DNA of 64,000 nucleotides from Thermoanaerobaculia bacterium. GTDB lineage: Bacteria; Acidobacteriota; Thermoanaerobaculia; UBA5066. The stretch spans positions 17,179-81,178 of the forward strand of contig DASXVJ010000017.1 of assembly GCA_036504335.1 (NCBI GenBank), read 5' to 3'. Shown piece by piece: positions 46,574 through 56,185 of this stretch. Within the stretch, counting starts at the first letter, position 1, and the number at the start of each line of letters is the position of its first letter. Below the pieces are notes generated by a model. It was not told the origin of the DNA, made no database searches, and was given only the letters and a program-made list of their open reading frames with translations. A program made the position numbers and the translations under genes.

Positions 46574-47170
46574 GTGGAATCGCCCGGTCCACTCGATCCC
46601 GCCCGCGCCGCCCTCAGGGCCGCCCTCCGCCGCCACGTCCCGGCGGACGAGCGCGAGGCGGGCGACCGCGCAGCCATCCTCGCGCTCGTCGAGACCGAAT
46701 CCGCCTGCTTCGCGCGGAAGACGTTCGCGCCGGGGCACGTGACGGGCAGCGGCTTCATCGTCCACGCCGCCTCCCGGCGCGTGCTCCTGCACCACCACCG
46801 CCGGCTCGACGCATGGCTCCAGATGGGCGGCCACGACGAGGGTGAGAGCGACCCGCGGGCGACGGCGCTCCGCGAGAGCGCGGAGGAGTCGGGCCTGACG
46901 GACCTCGTCCTCCTGTCGGACGAGATCCTGGACGTCGACGTCCACCCGATCCCGGCGGGCAAGGGCGAGCCGCCTCACCTCCACCACGACGTGCGCTACG
47001 CGCTCGCGACGCGCACGCCCGACGCGATCCGCCGGGACGACGCCGAGTCGATCGCATTGCGCTGGTTCACGCTCGACGAGGCGGCCGCCGCGATGGCCGA
47101 CCCCGACGCGACCCGGGCGCTCGCGCGCCTCGCGCGGCTGCTGGACGGCGCGCGGGACGCCAGCCGGTAA
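46574..47170 (+). CDS. NUDIX hydrolase.
   Basis: Nudix box GGHDEGESDPRATALRESAEESGL; GTG start. Confidence 0.7.
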   Translation: MESPGPLDPARAALRAALRRHVPADEREAGDRAAILALVETESACFARKTFAPGHVTGSGFIVHAASRRVLLHHHRRLDAWLQMGGHDEGESDPRATALRESAEESGLTDLVLLSDEILDVDVHPIPAGKGEPPHLHHDVRYALATRTPDAIRRDDAESIALRWFTLDEAAAAMADPDATRALARLARLLDGARDASR

Positions 47171-47176
47171 GGGCCG

Positions 47177-49024
47177 TCAGCGCCCTTCGAGGGCGTCGGC
47201 GTTCGCGTCTTCGAGCGCGGCCGCGTCGGCGTACATCTCGTCGATGGCGTCGCGGTACTTCGAGACGACCACGCGGCGCTTGATCTTCATCGTCGGGGTC
47301 AGCTCGCCGCCCTCGATCGAGAAGTCCTCCGTGAGGAGGCGGAACGCGCGGATCTGGCGCTCGTGCGGCTCGTCGCCGTTCAGGATCTCGATCGCCTGCT
47401 TGAACAGCGAGAGCACCTTCGGGTCCGCGACGAGCTCCTGGCGGGTCCGGTAGGACACGTTCGCGCCCATCGCCCAGCTCTCGAGCTTCTCGAAGTTCGG
47501 GACGACGAGGGCCGAGAGGAACTTCTGCCGGTCGCCGATCAGGACCGCCGAGGAGACGAAGCGAACGGCCTTGAGCGCGGCCTCGATCGGGGCCGGCGCG
47601 ATGTTCTTGCCGTAGGCGTTGATCAGGATCTCCTTCTTGCGATCCGTGAGCGTCAGGAAGCCGTCGAGGTCGAAGGAGCCGATGTCGCCCGTGAGGAACC
47701 AGCCGTCGGCGTCGAAGACGCGGGCCGTCTCCTCGGGCTTCCGCCAGTAGCCGCCGTCCATGATGCTCGGCCCTTTCGCAAGGACCTCGCCGTCCGGCGC
47801 GATCTTGAGCGTGACGCCCGGGATCGCCCGGCCGACGGTGCCGAGACGCCATTCGCCCGGCCGGTTGCACGAGAGGACGGGGCTCGTCTCCGTGAGGCCG
47901 TAACCCTCGTAGACCTCGACGCCCGCGGCCCAGAAGAACGCCGCGACGTCGTGCGCGAGGGGTGCGCCCCCCGAGATCGCGAAAAGGAACCGGCCGCCGA
48001 GGCGGGCCTTGATCTTCCCGAAGACGAGGCGGTCCGCGATCCGGTACTTGAGCCGGAGGAAGAACGGCGGTCTCTCGCCGGACTCGACGGCCCGGAGGTG
48101 CATCGCGCCGATCTGCACGCCCCATTCGAAGATCGCGCGGCGCAGGGCCGGGGCGGCGTCCACGGCGTTCCGGACGCGCGCGAGCATCTTCTCGTAGACG
48201 CGCGGCACGGCGGCGAAGCAGTGCGGCTTGATCTCGGCGAAATTCTCGGACAGCTTGTCGATCGACTCCGCGTACGCGATCGTCGCCGCGCGCGAGAAGT
48301 ACAGGTAGTCGACCATCCGCTCGAAGACGTGCGAGAGCGGCAGGAACGACAGCGCGATCATGTCCGGCGTCACGTCGAACAGCGTCGAGCACGTCGCGAC
48401 GTTCGCGACGAAGTTGCCGTGCGTCAGGATCGCGCCCTTCGGCTCGCCCGTCGTGCCCGACGTGTAGATCATCGTCGCGAGGTCCGTCGGGAGGATGGAC
48501 GAGGCCCGCTCCTCCCAGGCCTCGGGGTCCGCCGCGAGGGCCGAGAGCCCCTTCTGGACCACCGTCTCGAACGGGACGGCCCGGCCCGCGCTCCACGGGA
48601 CGTGCTCGAGCACGACGACGTGCCTGAGCTCCGGGCAGCGGTCGCGCACGTCGAGGACCTTCTGGAGCTCGATCGCGTTCGAGACGACGGCGACCTTCGC
48701 GAGCGAGTCCCGGAGGATGTACTCCACCTGCGGCGCGAGGTACGAGGTGTAGATGGGGACGGTCAGCGCTCCCAGCGAGAGCGTCGCGAAGTCCGTCATG
48801 GGCCACTCGGGCCGGTTCTCCGAGAGGATCGCGACGCGGTCCTGCCGGTCGACGCCGAGGAGGGCCAGCCCGAGCGCCAGCCCCTTCGTCCGCTCCTCGA
48901 ACTCGCCGGCGGAGACGGGCTTCCAGGCCCCGTCCACCTTCGAGACGAGCAGCTCCGCCTTCCCGCTCGCGGAAGCGTGGCGGAAGTAGTCGACGAGAGT
49001 TCTCGCGGGAAGGGCTTCGATCAC
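47177..49024 (-). CDS. Long-chain fatty-acid--CoA ligase (AMP-binding superfamily).
   Basis: AMP-binding motif YTSGTTGEPKGAILTHGN, acyl-adenylate motifs GYGLTETS, TGDIG...DRKKEIL; 615 aa. Confidence 0.85.
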   Translation of the reverse strand: MIEALPARTLVDYFRHASASGKAELLVSKVDGAWKPVSAGEFEERTKGLALGLALLGVDRQDRVAILSENRPEWPMTDFATLSLGALTVPIYTSYLAPQVEYILRDSLAKVAVVSNAIELQKVLDVRDRCPELRHVVVLEHVPWSAGRAVPFETVVQKGLSALAADPEAWEERASSILPTDLATMIYTSGTTGEPKGAILTHGNFVANVATCSTLFDVTPDMIALSFLPLSHVFERMVDYLYFSRAATIAYAESIDKLSENFAEIKPHCFAAVPRVYEKMLARVRNAVDAAPALRRAIFEWGVQIGAMHLRAVESGERPPFFLRLKYRIADRLVFGKIKARLGGRFLFAISGGAPLAHDVAAFFWAAGVEVYEGYGLTETSPVLSCNRPGEWRLGTVGRAIPGVTLKIAPDGEVLAKGPSIMDGGYWRKPEETARVFDADGWFLTGDIGSFDLDGFLTLTDRKKEILINAYGKNIAPAPIEAALKAVRFVSSAVLIGDRQKFLSALVVPNFEKLESWAMGANVSYRTRQELVADPKVLSLFKQAIEILNGDEPHERQIRAFRLLTEDFSIEGGELTPTMKIKRRVVVSKYRDAIDEMYADAAALEDANADALEGR

Positions 49025-49067
49025 GTGCGTTGCCCGGAGATTATGCCGAATCGCCGGGATTCGGCGC

Positions 49068-50273
49068 CTACAGCACCGTCAGGCCCACGGAAAGGACGTC
49101 CGCGCAGCCCGACCGGATGTCGTCGAGGACGGCCGGGCCCGGGCCCTGGTCGACCTGGATGCGGGCGCACGCGGCCTCGGCGCCGGCGAAGACGACGTTC
49201 TCGGTCTGCTGGACGTTGATCCCGGCGGCCCTGAGGACGCCGAAGACGTGCGCGAGGACGCCCACGCGGTCGCGGTGCCGCACGGTGAGGAGGTGAGTCG
49301 CGGGAGTCCGGCTCGCGAGGTTGACGGCGTTCGGGATCGCGCCCGTCGCCACGAACGCGGCGACGATGCGGACGGTCTCGGCCGCGATCGCGTTCTGCGC
49401 CTGGTCCGTCGAGGCGCCGACGTGGTGCGACCCGACGACGCCGGGGAACTTCACGATCTCGTCCTCGAACGTGCCGCTCCCGCCGGCAGGCTCCTTCTCG
49501 AAGACGTCGAGGCCGGCACGGACCCCGCGCTCCGCGATCGCCTTGCGCAGGGCGGCCGCGTCCACGATCTCGCCGCGGCTCGTGTTCACGAAGAAGGCTC
49601 CCGGCTTCAGCGCCTCGAAGAACTTCGCGTCCAGGAAGCCTTTCGTCTCCTTCGTGAGGGCGCAGTGGACCGACACCGCGTCCGAAGCGGCCGCGAGCGC
49701 GTGGATCGAGTCGGCGCGCGCCACGCCGAGCCGCTCGGCATGATCGTCGTCGAGCGAGCGGCTCCACGCGACGACGGGCATCCCGAACGCCTGTGCGCGC
49801 GTCACGACCTCGAGTCCGATCGCCCCGAGGCCGATCACGCCGAGCGTCCGGCCCGCGAGACCCTTCGCCTTGCCGTACTCGGCCTTGTTCCAGACGCCGT
49901 TCCGGAGATCGACGGCCTGATCGACGAGACGCCGGTCGAGCGCGAGCAGGAGCCCCCACGCCAGCTCGGCGACCGCGATCGCGTTCTTGCCCGGGCAGTT
50001 CGAGACCGCGACGGCCCGCGCGGAGGCGGCCGCGAGGTCGATCGTATTCACGCCCGCGCCGGCCCGGACGATCAGGGAGAGGCCGGAGGCCTTCTCGATC
50101 TCGGCCGCGGTCACCTTCGTCGAGCGGACGACGAGGACGTCGGCGCGCGACTCCGCGAGCCGGGCGCCGAGAGTCTCGCCCTCCAGCTTCGGCTCGTAAA
50201 GGACCTCGCAGCCGAGGCCCTTCAGCCCCTCGAGCCCGGCCTCCTCGAACTTGTCGGCGACGAGAACCTTCAT
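49068..50273 (-). CDS. serA: D-3-phosphoglycerate dehydrogenase with C-terminal ACT domain.
   Basis: MKVLVADKF..., NAD-binding GVIGLGAIG, catalytic NTSRGEIVD...HHVGAST, C-terminal ACT. Start at an internal ATG of the TTG-initiated 504-aa ORF. Confidence 0.85.
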   Translation of the reverse strand: MKVLVADKFEEAGLEGLKGLGCEVLYEPKLEGETLGARLAESRADVLVVRSTKVTAAEIEKASGLSLIVRAGAGVNTIDLAAASARAVAVSNCPGKNAIAVAELAWGLLLALDRRLVDQAVDLRNGVWNKAEYGKAKGLAGRTLGVIGLGAIGLEVVTRAQAFGMPVVAWSRSLDDDHAERLGVARADSIHALAAASDAVSVHCALTKETKGFLDAKFFEALKPGAFFVNTSRGEIVDAAALRKAIAERGVRAGLDVFEKEPAGGSGTFEDEIVKFPGVVGSHHVGASTDQAQNAIAAETVRIVAAFVATGAIPNAVNLASRTPATHLLTVRHRDRVGVLAHVFGVLRAAGINVQQTENVVFAGAEAACARIQVDQGPGPAVLDDIRSGCADVLSVGLTVL

Positions 50274-50280
50274 GCGCGCC

Positions 50281-51507
50281 TCAGAAGCGGTGGACGAAGA
50301 GGCCCGAACGCAGCTTCGGCTCGAACCACGTGGACTTCGGCGGCATCGTGACGCCCGCGTCCGCGATCGCCATGACGTCCGAGATCTGCGTCGGATACAT
50401 CGCGAACGCCACCGCGCCGCGTCCCGAGCGCACGCGCTCCTCGAGCTCCGAGGTGCCGCGGATCCCGCCGACGAAGTCGATCCGCGGGTCCGTGCGCGGA
50501 TCGCCGATGCCGAGGACGGGCGCGAGGAGACGGTCCTGGAGGATGGAGACGTCGAGGGCGGAAACCGGATCGTTTCCAGCAACCGGCTCGCGAGGGGTAA
50601 GGGTCTGCCAATTTTCTTTGAGGTAAAGAGAGAAGGTCCCGCGGCGGCTCGGCTCGGGCGCTTCGGCAGGCTTCACGTCGAACCGCTCTTTTACCTTTCT
50701 AAGAAAATCTTCTTCTCCCAGTCCCCCTAAATCCTTCACGACCCGGTTGTACGGGAGGATCGCGAGCTGGCGGTCCGGGAAGATCGCCGCCGGGAACCAG
50801 TTCACCGGGTGGTCGTCGGCGAGGGGTCCCTTCGCCGCGAGCGCCGCACGGGCGCGCGACGCGGAGGCGCAGCGGTGATGGCCGTCCGCGACGTAGAGGA
50901 GCGGCACCGCCGCGAACGCCGAGACGAAGAACGCGACGTCCGTCTCCGGGACCAGCCAGAGCGTGTGCCGGACCGCGTCGGGCGCCTCGAAATCGAACTC
51001 GGGCGCCTGCGCCGTCACGGCCGCGACGCGCGCATCGATCGCGTCGACGGCGCGGTACGTCAGGAAGACCGGCTCGGCGTGCGCGGACTGCGTCAGCAGG
51101 TGGCGGACGCGGTCGTCCTCCTTGTCCCTGCGGGTCTTCTCGTGCTTTCGGACGACGTCCGTGTCGTAGTCGTCCACGGAGCAGGCCGCCACGAAGCCGT
51201 CCTGCGACCGCCCTCTCCAGGTCTGGCGGTAGATGAGGAGGCGCGGAACGGGGTCTCCGACGAGCGTCCCGTCGGCGAAGAACCGGTCGAGATTCTCCCT
51301 CCCCTTCGCGTAGACCTCGTCGGCGTGGATGTCGGTCGTCTCGGCGAGGTCGATCTCGGGACGGCAGACGTGGAGGAACGACACGGGATTGCCGGCCGCG
51401 AGGGCGCGGGCTTCCTTCGTGTCGACGACGTCGTAGGGCACGGAGGCGACGCGCGCGGCGAGAGCCTTCGGCGGGCGGCCGGAACGGAATGGTCGAATGC
51501 GAGCCAT
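50281..51507 (-). CDS. DUF1015 family protein (conserved serA-linked protein), with in-frame insertion of element copy I.
   Basis: SVPYDVVDT and YVADGHHRCAS DUF1015 signatures. Residues ...VVKDLGGLGEEDFLRKVKERFDVKPAEAPEPSRRGTFSLYLKENW... are encoded by the palindromic element at nt 50595-50725. Confidence 0.8.
   Translation of the reverse strand: MARIRPFRSGRPPKALAARVASVPYDVVDTKEARALAAGNPVSFLHVCRPEIDLAETTDIHADEVYAKGRENLDRFFADGTLVGDPVPRLLIYRQTWRGRSQDGFVAACSVDDYDTDVVRKHEKTRRDKEDDRVRHLLTQSAHAEPVFLTYRAVDAIDARVAAVTAQAPEFDFEAPDAVRHTLWLVPETDVAFFVSAFAAVPLLYVADGHHRCASASRARAALAAKGPLADDHPVNWFPAAIFPDRQLAILPYNRVVKDLGGLGEEDFLRKVKERFDVKPAEAPEPSRRGTFSLYLKENWQTLTPREPVAGNDPVSALDVSILQDRLLAPVLGIGDPRTDPRIDFVGGIRGTSELEERVRSGRGAVAFAMYPTQISDVMAIADAGVTMPPKSTWFEPKLRSGLFVHRF
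50595..50725. repeat. Palindromic MITE-like element, copy I (in frame within DUF1015 gene).
   Basis: TIR-L AATTTTCTTTGAGGTAAAGAGAGAAGG; TIR-R CGCTCTTTTACCTTTCTAAGAAAATC + tail ttcttctcccagtcccc; no polypurine head on the left side. Confidence 0.8.
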
Positions 51508-51623
51508 GGGCGGAGAGTATCAACCGAACGCCCCGGCAGGTGGCCTCGGGAGGGTCCGACTTGCGCCGGGTGCTAGACTTTTTCGATCGATCGGACCCCG
51601 GTGAGGCGAAAGGAATCCGCGGA

Positions 51624-51896
51624 ATGAAACTGTACGTCGGCAACCTCTCCTACGGCGTGAACGATTCGTCCCTCCGGGCCCTGTTCGAGGCCTACGGCGC
51701 GGTGGAGTCCGCCACCGTCGTCGCCGACCGCGACTCGGGCCGTTCCAAGGGCTTCGGCTTCGTGGAGATGAGCGACGCGGACGCCCAGAAGGCGATCCAG
51801 GCGCTCAACGGCTCCCAGCACGACGGCCGCACGATCCGCGTGAACGAGGCGCGCCCGAAGACCGACGCGCCCCGCGAGTCGAGGGGCCCCCGCTGA
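51624..51896 (+). CDS. RRM-type RNA-binding protein (Rbp).
   Basis: RNP2 LYVGNL and RNP1 KGFGFVEM motifs; 90 aa. Confidence 0.85.
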   Translation: MKLYVGNLSYGVNDSSLRALFEAYGAVESATVVADRDSGRSKGFGFVEMSDADAQKAIQALNGSQHDGRTIRVNEARPKTDAPRESRGPR

Positions 51897-53623
51897 CCCG
51901 TCCGGGAGCGCCCGGCGGCGCCCCCCTCCCGCTCAAGAGAATCCTGACGGCCGCGGTCCTCCCGATCGCGGCCTTTTTTCTCCTGACCGGCGCCGGGCCC
52001 TCGGGCGACGACCTCGTCTTCACGAACGCGCGCGTCCTGGACGGCACGGGCGCCCCGTGGTTCCGCGCCGACGTCGCGGTCGCGGGCGGCCGCATCGCCG
52101 CCGTCGGCTCGCTGCCCGAGGCCCGCCTCGCCCGCGCCGCGCGGCGGATCGACGCGTCCGGCCTGTTCCTCGCCCCCGGATTCATCGACCTCCTCGGGCA
52201 GTCCGAGTACAACGTCCTCGTCGACGCCCGGGCCGCCTCGAAGATCACGCAGGGCATCACGACCGAGATCACGGGCGAGGGCGATTCGATCGCTCCGAAC
52301 GACGAGAAGATGTTCCGGGAGGCCGAGCCGACGTGGAAGCGCTACGGCGTCCGCGCGGACTTTTTCACGCTCGCGAACTACTTCGCCCGTTTCGCAAAGG
52401 CCCCGCCCACGATCAATCTCGGCACGTTCGTCGGCAGCGGCGGACTGCGCCAGCTCGTCGTCGGCGGCGAAAACCGCCGTGCGACGCCGGCCGAGCTCGC
52501 GCGCATGGCCGGCGAGGTCGAGAAGGCGATGAAGGACGGCGCCCTCGGCCTCTCGTCGTCCCTCCAGTACGTGCCGGACATCTACAACTCCACCGACGAG
52601 ATCGTCGCGATGGCGAAGGCCGCCGCGAGGCACGGCGGCGTGTACTTCGTGCATCAGCGCTCGGAGAGCAACGCGATCGACGCGTCGCTCGGCGAGGTCT
52701 TCCGGGTCGCGCGCGAAGCGGCGATCCCGGCGAACGTCTGGCACCTCAAGACGGCCTACAGGCGCAACTGGGGCCGGATGCCCGCCGTCCTCGCGCGCCT
52801 CGAAGCCGCGCGCGCGGAGGGCCTCGACGTCGCCGCGAACCAGTACCCGTGGACGGCGGCTTCGAATCCGCTCGACTCGTGCCTGCCGCCCTGGATGCGC
52901 GAGGGAGGCAAGGAGAAGCTCCTGGCGCGCCTGAAGGACGCCGCCCAGCGCGAGAGGGCGAAGGCGGACATGGCCCGCGACGCGGACGACTGGCAGAACC
53001 AGTACTTCGGCAGCGGCGGCCCGTCCCGGATCATCGTCTCGACGGTCCTCACGCCCTCCCTGAAGTCCTTCGAGGGGAAAACGGTCGAGGAGATCGCGGC
53101 CGGGCAGAAGAAGGACCCGCGCGACGCCCTGATGGACGTCGTCCTCGCGGACGGAGGCCGCTCGTCCTGCATCTTCTTCTGCATGGACGAGGAGGACGTG
53201 AAGTCGGCGCTGAAGCACCGGCTCGTGTCGTTCTGCACCGACTCGGGCGCCTCGGCCACGGACGGCATTCTGTCGGAGGAGAAGTCTCACCCGCGCGGAT
53301 GGGCCTCTACCGCCCGCATCCTCGGAACGTACGTGCGGGACGAGAAGGTCCTGCCGCTCGAGGAAGCCGTCCGGAAAATGACGTCGTTCGCGGCGGCGCG
53401 CGCAGGCCTGAAGAACCGCGGCCTTCTCAAGGAGGGCTTCCCCGCCGATCTCGTCGCGTTCGACCTCGCGAAGGTGAAGGCCGTCTCGACGTACGCGGAC
53501 CCGCTCCGGTACTCGGAGGGATTCCCCTACGTGGCCGTCAACGGCGCCCTCGTCGTGGACGGCGGCCGGATCACCTCGGAGCGCCCAGGACGGGCGCTCC
53601 GAGGGCCCGGGTTCGCGCGCTGA
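51893..53623 (+). CDS. N-acyl-D-amino-acid deacylase (D-aminoacylase, amidohydrolase superfamily) with a signal peptide. Start codon uncertain.
   Basis: A clear family match continues in frame ~138 codons upstream of the first ATG (52310). The upstream part reads ...KRILTAAVLPIAAFFLLTGAGPSGDDLVFTNARVLDGTG..., but that stretch contains no ATG/GTG/TTG. The only candidate is a CTG overlapping the rbp stop (cCTGAc). Conserved blocks include GGVYFVHQRSE and SDSGAS. Confidence 0.6.
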   Translation: MTRPGAPGGAPLPLKRILTAAVLPIAAFFLLTGAGPSGDDLVFTNARVLDGTGAPWFRADVAVAGGRIAAVGSLPEARLARAARRIDASGLFLAPGFIDLLGQSEYNVLVDARAASKITQGITTEITGEGDSIAPNDEKMFREAEPTWKRYGVRADFFTLANYFARFAKAPPTINLGTFVGSGGLRQLVVGGENRRATPAELARMAGEVEKAMKDGALGLSSSLQYVPDIYNSTDEIVAMAKAAARHGGVYFVHQRSESNAIDASLGEVFRVAREAAIPANVWHLKTAYRRNWGRMPAVLARLEAARAEGLDVAANQYPWTAASNPLDSCLPPWMREGGKEKLLARLKDAAQRERAKADMARDADDWQNQYFGSGGPSRIIVSTVLTPSLKSFEGKTVEEIAAGQKKDPRDALMDVVLADGGRSSCIFFCMDEEDVKSALKHRLVSFCTDSGASATDGILSEEKSHPRGWASTARILGTYVRDEKVLPLEEAVRKMTSFAAARAGLKNRGLLKEGFPADLVAFDLAKVKAVSTYADPLRYSEGFPYVAVNGALVVDGGRITSERPGRALRGPGFAR

Positions 53624-53630
53624 CGGGGCG

Positions 53631-54536
53631 CTACCGGGCGGCCACAGGAGCCGCTGCAGGCACCCGCTGCCACTTTTTCATGAGGTCGACGACGATGTCG
53701 CCGATTCGGAGGAGGTTTTCCTGGCTGGACCCGCCGAGGTGCGGCGTCATGAGGACGTTCGGCGCCGCGAGGAGCGGGCTGTTCGGATCGGGCGGGTCGC
53801 TGAGGTAGACGTCGGTCGCGTACGCGCGGACCTTGCCCGAGGCGAGGGCCGCCGCGAGATCGGCCTCGACGACGATCGAGCCGCGCGCCGTGTTCACGAG
53901 GATGACGCCGTCCTTCATCTTCGCGATCGTGTGCTCGTTCACGAGGCCGCGCGTCTCGGCCGTGGCCGGGACGTGGAAGCTGATGAAGTCGGCGCGCTTG
54001 AAGAGCTCGTCGAGGTCGTCCACGAGCTCGGCGAGCGCGTGGTTCGCGATCTGCGGGTCGTAGGCGAGGACCTTCATCCCGAAGGCCTGCGCGCGGCGGG
54101 CGACCTCGGTGCCGATCAGGCCGGCGCCCACGAGGCCGAGCGTCTTGCCGAAGAGCTCGGTGCGCTTGAGCTCCTTCTTGAGGAAGCGGCCGCCCTTGAG
54201 TCCGACGTGGCCCTCGACGACGCGGCTCGGGACCGCGAGCAGGAGCGCCATCGTGAGCTCCGCCACGGCGACCGACGACGCGCGCGGCGTGTTCTTCACG
54301 TCGATCCCGCGCTCGCGACAGGCCTGGATGTCGACGTTGTCGAGGCCGACGCCGCCCCGGATCACGAGCTTGAGGTTCGGAGCGTTCGCGAGGTAGTCGC
54401 GCGTGACCTTCGTCTTCGAGCGGACGAGGACGACGTCGGCCTCCTTGAGGCGGGCGGCGTCGGTGAGGACCTCGCCGAACGGGGCGAGGCGTTTGGGAAG
54501 CGATTCGTCGAACGAATCGGCCAGCAGGATCTTCAT
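53631..54536 (-). CDS. D-isomer-specific 2-hydroxyacid dehydrogenase (glyoxylate/hydroxypyruvate reductase-like).
   Basis: NAD-binding GLVGAGLIGTEVARRA, catalytic NTARGSIVVEADL...TPHLGGSS; start MKILLADSF. Confidence 0.8.
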   Translation of the reverse strand: MKILLADSFDESLPKRLAPFGEVLTDAARLKEADVVLVRSKTKVTRDYLANAPNLKLVIRGGVGLDNVDIQACRERGIDVKNTPRASSVAVAELTMALLLAVPSRVVEGHVGLKGGRFLKKELKRTELFGKTLGLVGAGLIGTEVARRAQAFGMKVLAYDPQIANHALAELVDDLDELFKRADFISFHVPATAETRGLVNEHTIAKMKDGVILVNTARGSIVVEADLAAALASGKVRAYATDVYLSDPPDPNSPLLAAPNVLMTPHLGGSSQENLLRIGDIVVDLMKKWQRVPAAAPVAAR

Positions 54537-54658
54537 GTGGGCCTCCAACCTTCGGGCACGCCCCGCGTCAGGGCAGGGACGCGTCCCTTCTACATGCTGA
54601 GGACCGGACGGGTGGGCGGCCATGATGAACCCGTATCAGGGGCGCCGAGGCGCCGGGG

Positions 54659-56185
54659 TCAGTGCGCCGCGGGTCCGCGCCCCGGCCCCTCGGCCCAGGC
54701 GAGAAGGCGCGCGGCGTCCGGGTCCGCGGGCGACAGCCGGACCGCCTCCCTGAGCCACGGGAGAGCGCGTGCGGTCTCCCCGCGGCCGAGATAGCCGGCG
54801 GCGGAACGAACGAGGAGGCGCGGGACCATCGGCGAAACCGCCGGAAGGCCCAGGGCGCGCCGCAGCCACCAGGGAGAGACCGACGCGGCCGCGTCGGGGG
54901 GCGGGCCGCCCTCCGTGACGCCGCCCGCCAGCCATGGGCGGCTGAGCTCGACCCCGCCGACGTTCCGGGCGGCAAGCCAGGCGTGGCCCACGACGGGAGC
55001 GAGGGAAGGAATCGTCGAAACGCGCAGGGGCCCCGCCGCCGGCCACGCGACTCCCGCGGGAGGACGGAGAGCCTCGGCGTAGCCGTCCCACGCTCCCGGC
55101 GCGATCAGGACGCCCGGAAGGTTGACCAGAGCTCCCGCGACGAACGCGGCGCGCACCGCCCCCGCCGCGACGAGAGCCGCGGGGGCGGCGAGAAGCGGCA
55201 GCACCGGCAGCAGGTGCCGCGGGCCCCACGCGGTGCCGCCCTCCCAGCTCCACCAGCGCGCCACGACGAGAAGGTGCAGGAGCGGCGCCCCCGCGCAGAG
55301 CCACAGGGCCGCGCGCGGCGCGACCCTCAGGCCGACGACGCCCGCCACGACCACGGGAGCGAAGAGGAGAAGGCCCCGGCCCGGCGAGAGGAGGAGACCG
55401 AAGAGGCCCGTTCCGATCGGCGTCGTGAAGCGGAGCATTTCGTCGCCGTAACCCGTCGCGAAGAACGATCCGTAGAGGAGCCGGTTGGCCGCGGCGTGGA
55501 GGCACAGGGCGGCGGCGAAGGTCCCCATCGCGCGCAGGGCTCGCCCGCCGGCGCGATGGGTCCGGTCGTCGAGGACGAAAGCGAGGATCAGCACCGGCGT
55601 CGTCGCCCACAGGATGGGCTTGAGAAGACACGCGCCCGCCCACGGGACTGCGGCGACGGAAGGCTCGCGGCCCGCGAGAAGGAGCGCCGCTCCCGACGCG
55701 AGACCCGCGGCCGCGAACGGCTCGACGAACGAATCCGCCGCGTAGGGCCAGAGAAACGTCCCCGCGACGAACGCCGCTTCCCAGGGTCCCGTCGCGTCCG
55801 GGCGCAGAACGCGCACGAGCCACCCGAACGCGAGTCCGGCGAGCAGGACCCCGGCCGACCACGTGAACGCCGTCACGGCGTCGACGCCCGCCGCGCCGAT
55901 CCCGCGGCGGACGAGCCACGCGGCGCCCAGGCCGGGAAGCGGCACGAGGGACGGAAACAGGCCGTACTTCGAATGGTGCGCGGGCGCGACCTCGGGAGTC
56001 GACGCGTCGGCGGGAGGCATCCGCCCGAAACCGGGCCCGCCCTGCACGAAGAGCCCCAGCGATTCCGAGACGACCTCCGCCCCGTCGGCCGTCGCCACCG
56101 CTCTTCCGATGTACGGCAGGGCGACGACGGCGAGGAGAGCGAGCAGGGAAACGCGCCTCGGGCGCGAGACCGGGCCTTCAGCCAT
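54659..56185 (-). CDS. GT-C fold membrane glycosyltransferase, third paralog.
   Basis: WSWEGGTAWGPRHLLPVLPLLA and multi-TM architecture align with the 10019..11995 and 43968..45932 genes; start overlaps the ABC exporter stop. Confidence 0.6.
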   Translation of the reverse strand: MAEGPVSRPRRVSLLALLAVVALPYIGRAVATADGAEVVSESLGLFVQGGPGFGRMPPADASTPEVAPAHHSKYGLFPSLVPLPGLGAAWLVRRGIGAAGVDAVTAFTWSAGVLLAGLAFGWLVRVLRPDATGPWEAAFVAGTFLWPYAADSFVEPFAAAGLASGAALLLAGREPSVAAVPWAGACLLKPILWATTPVLILAFVLDDRTHRAGGRALRAMGTFAAALCLHAAANRLLYGSFFATGYGDEMLRFTTPIGTGLFGLLLSPGRGLLLFAPVVVAGVVGLRVAPRAALWLCAGAPLLHLLVVARWWSWEGGTAWGPRHLLPVLPLLAAPAALVAAGAVRAAFVAGALVNLPGVLIAPGAWDGYAEALRPPAGVAWPAAGPLRVSTIPSLAPVVGHAWLAARNVGGVELSRPWLAGGVTEGGPPPDAAASVSPWWLRRALGLPAVSPMVPRLLVRSAAGYLGRGETARALPWLREAVRLSPADPDAARLLAWAEGPGRGPAAH

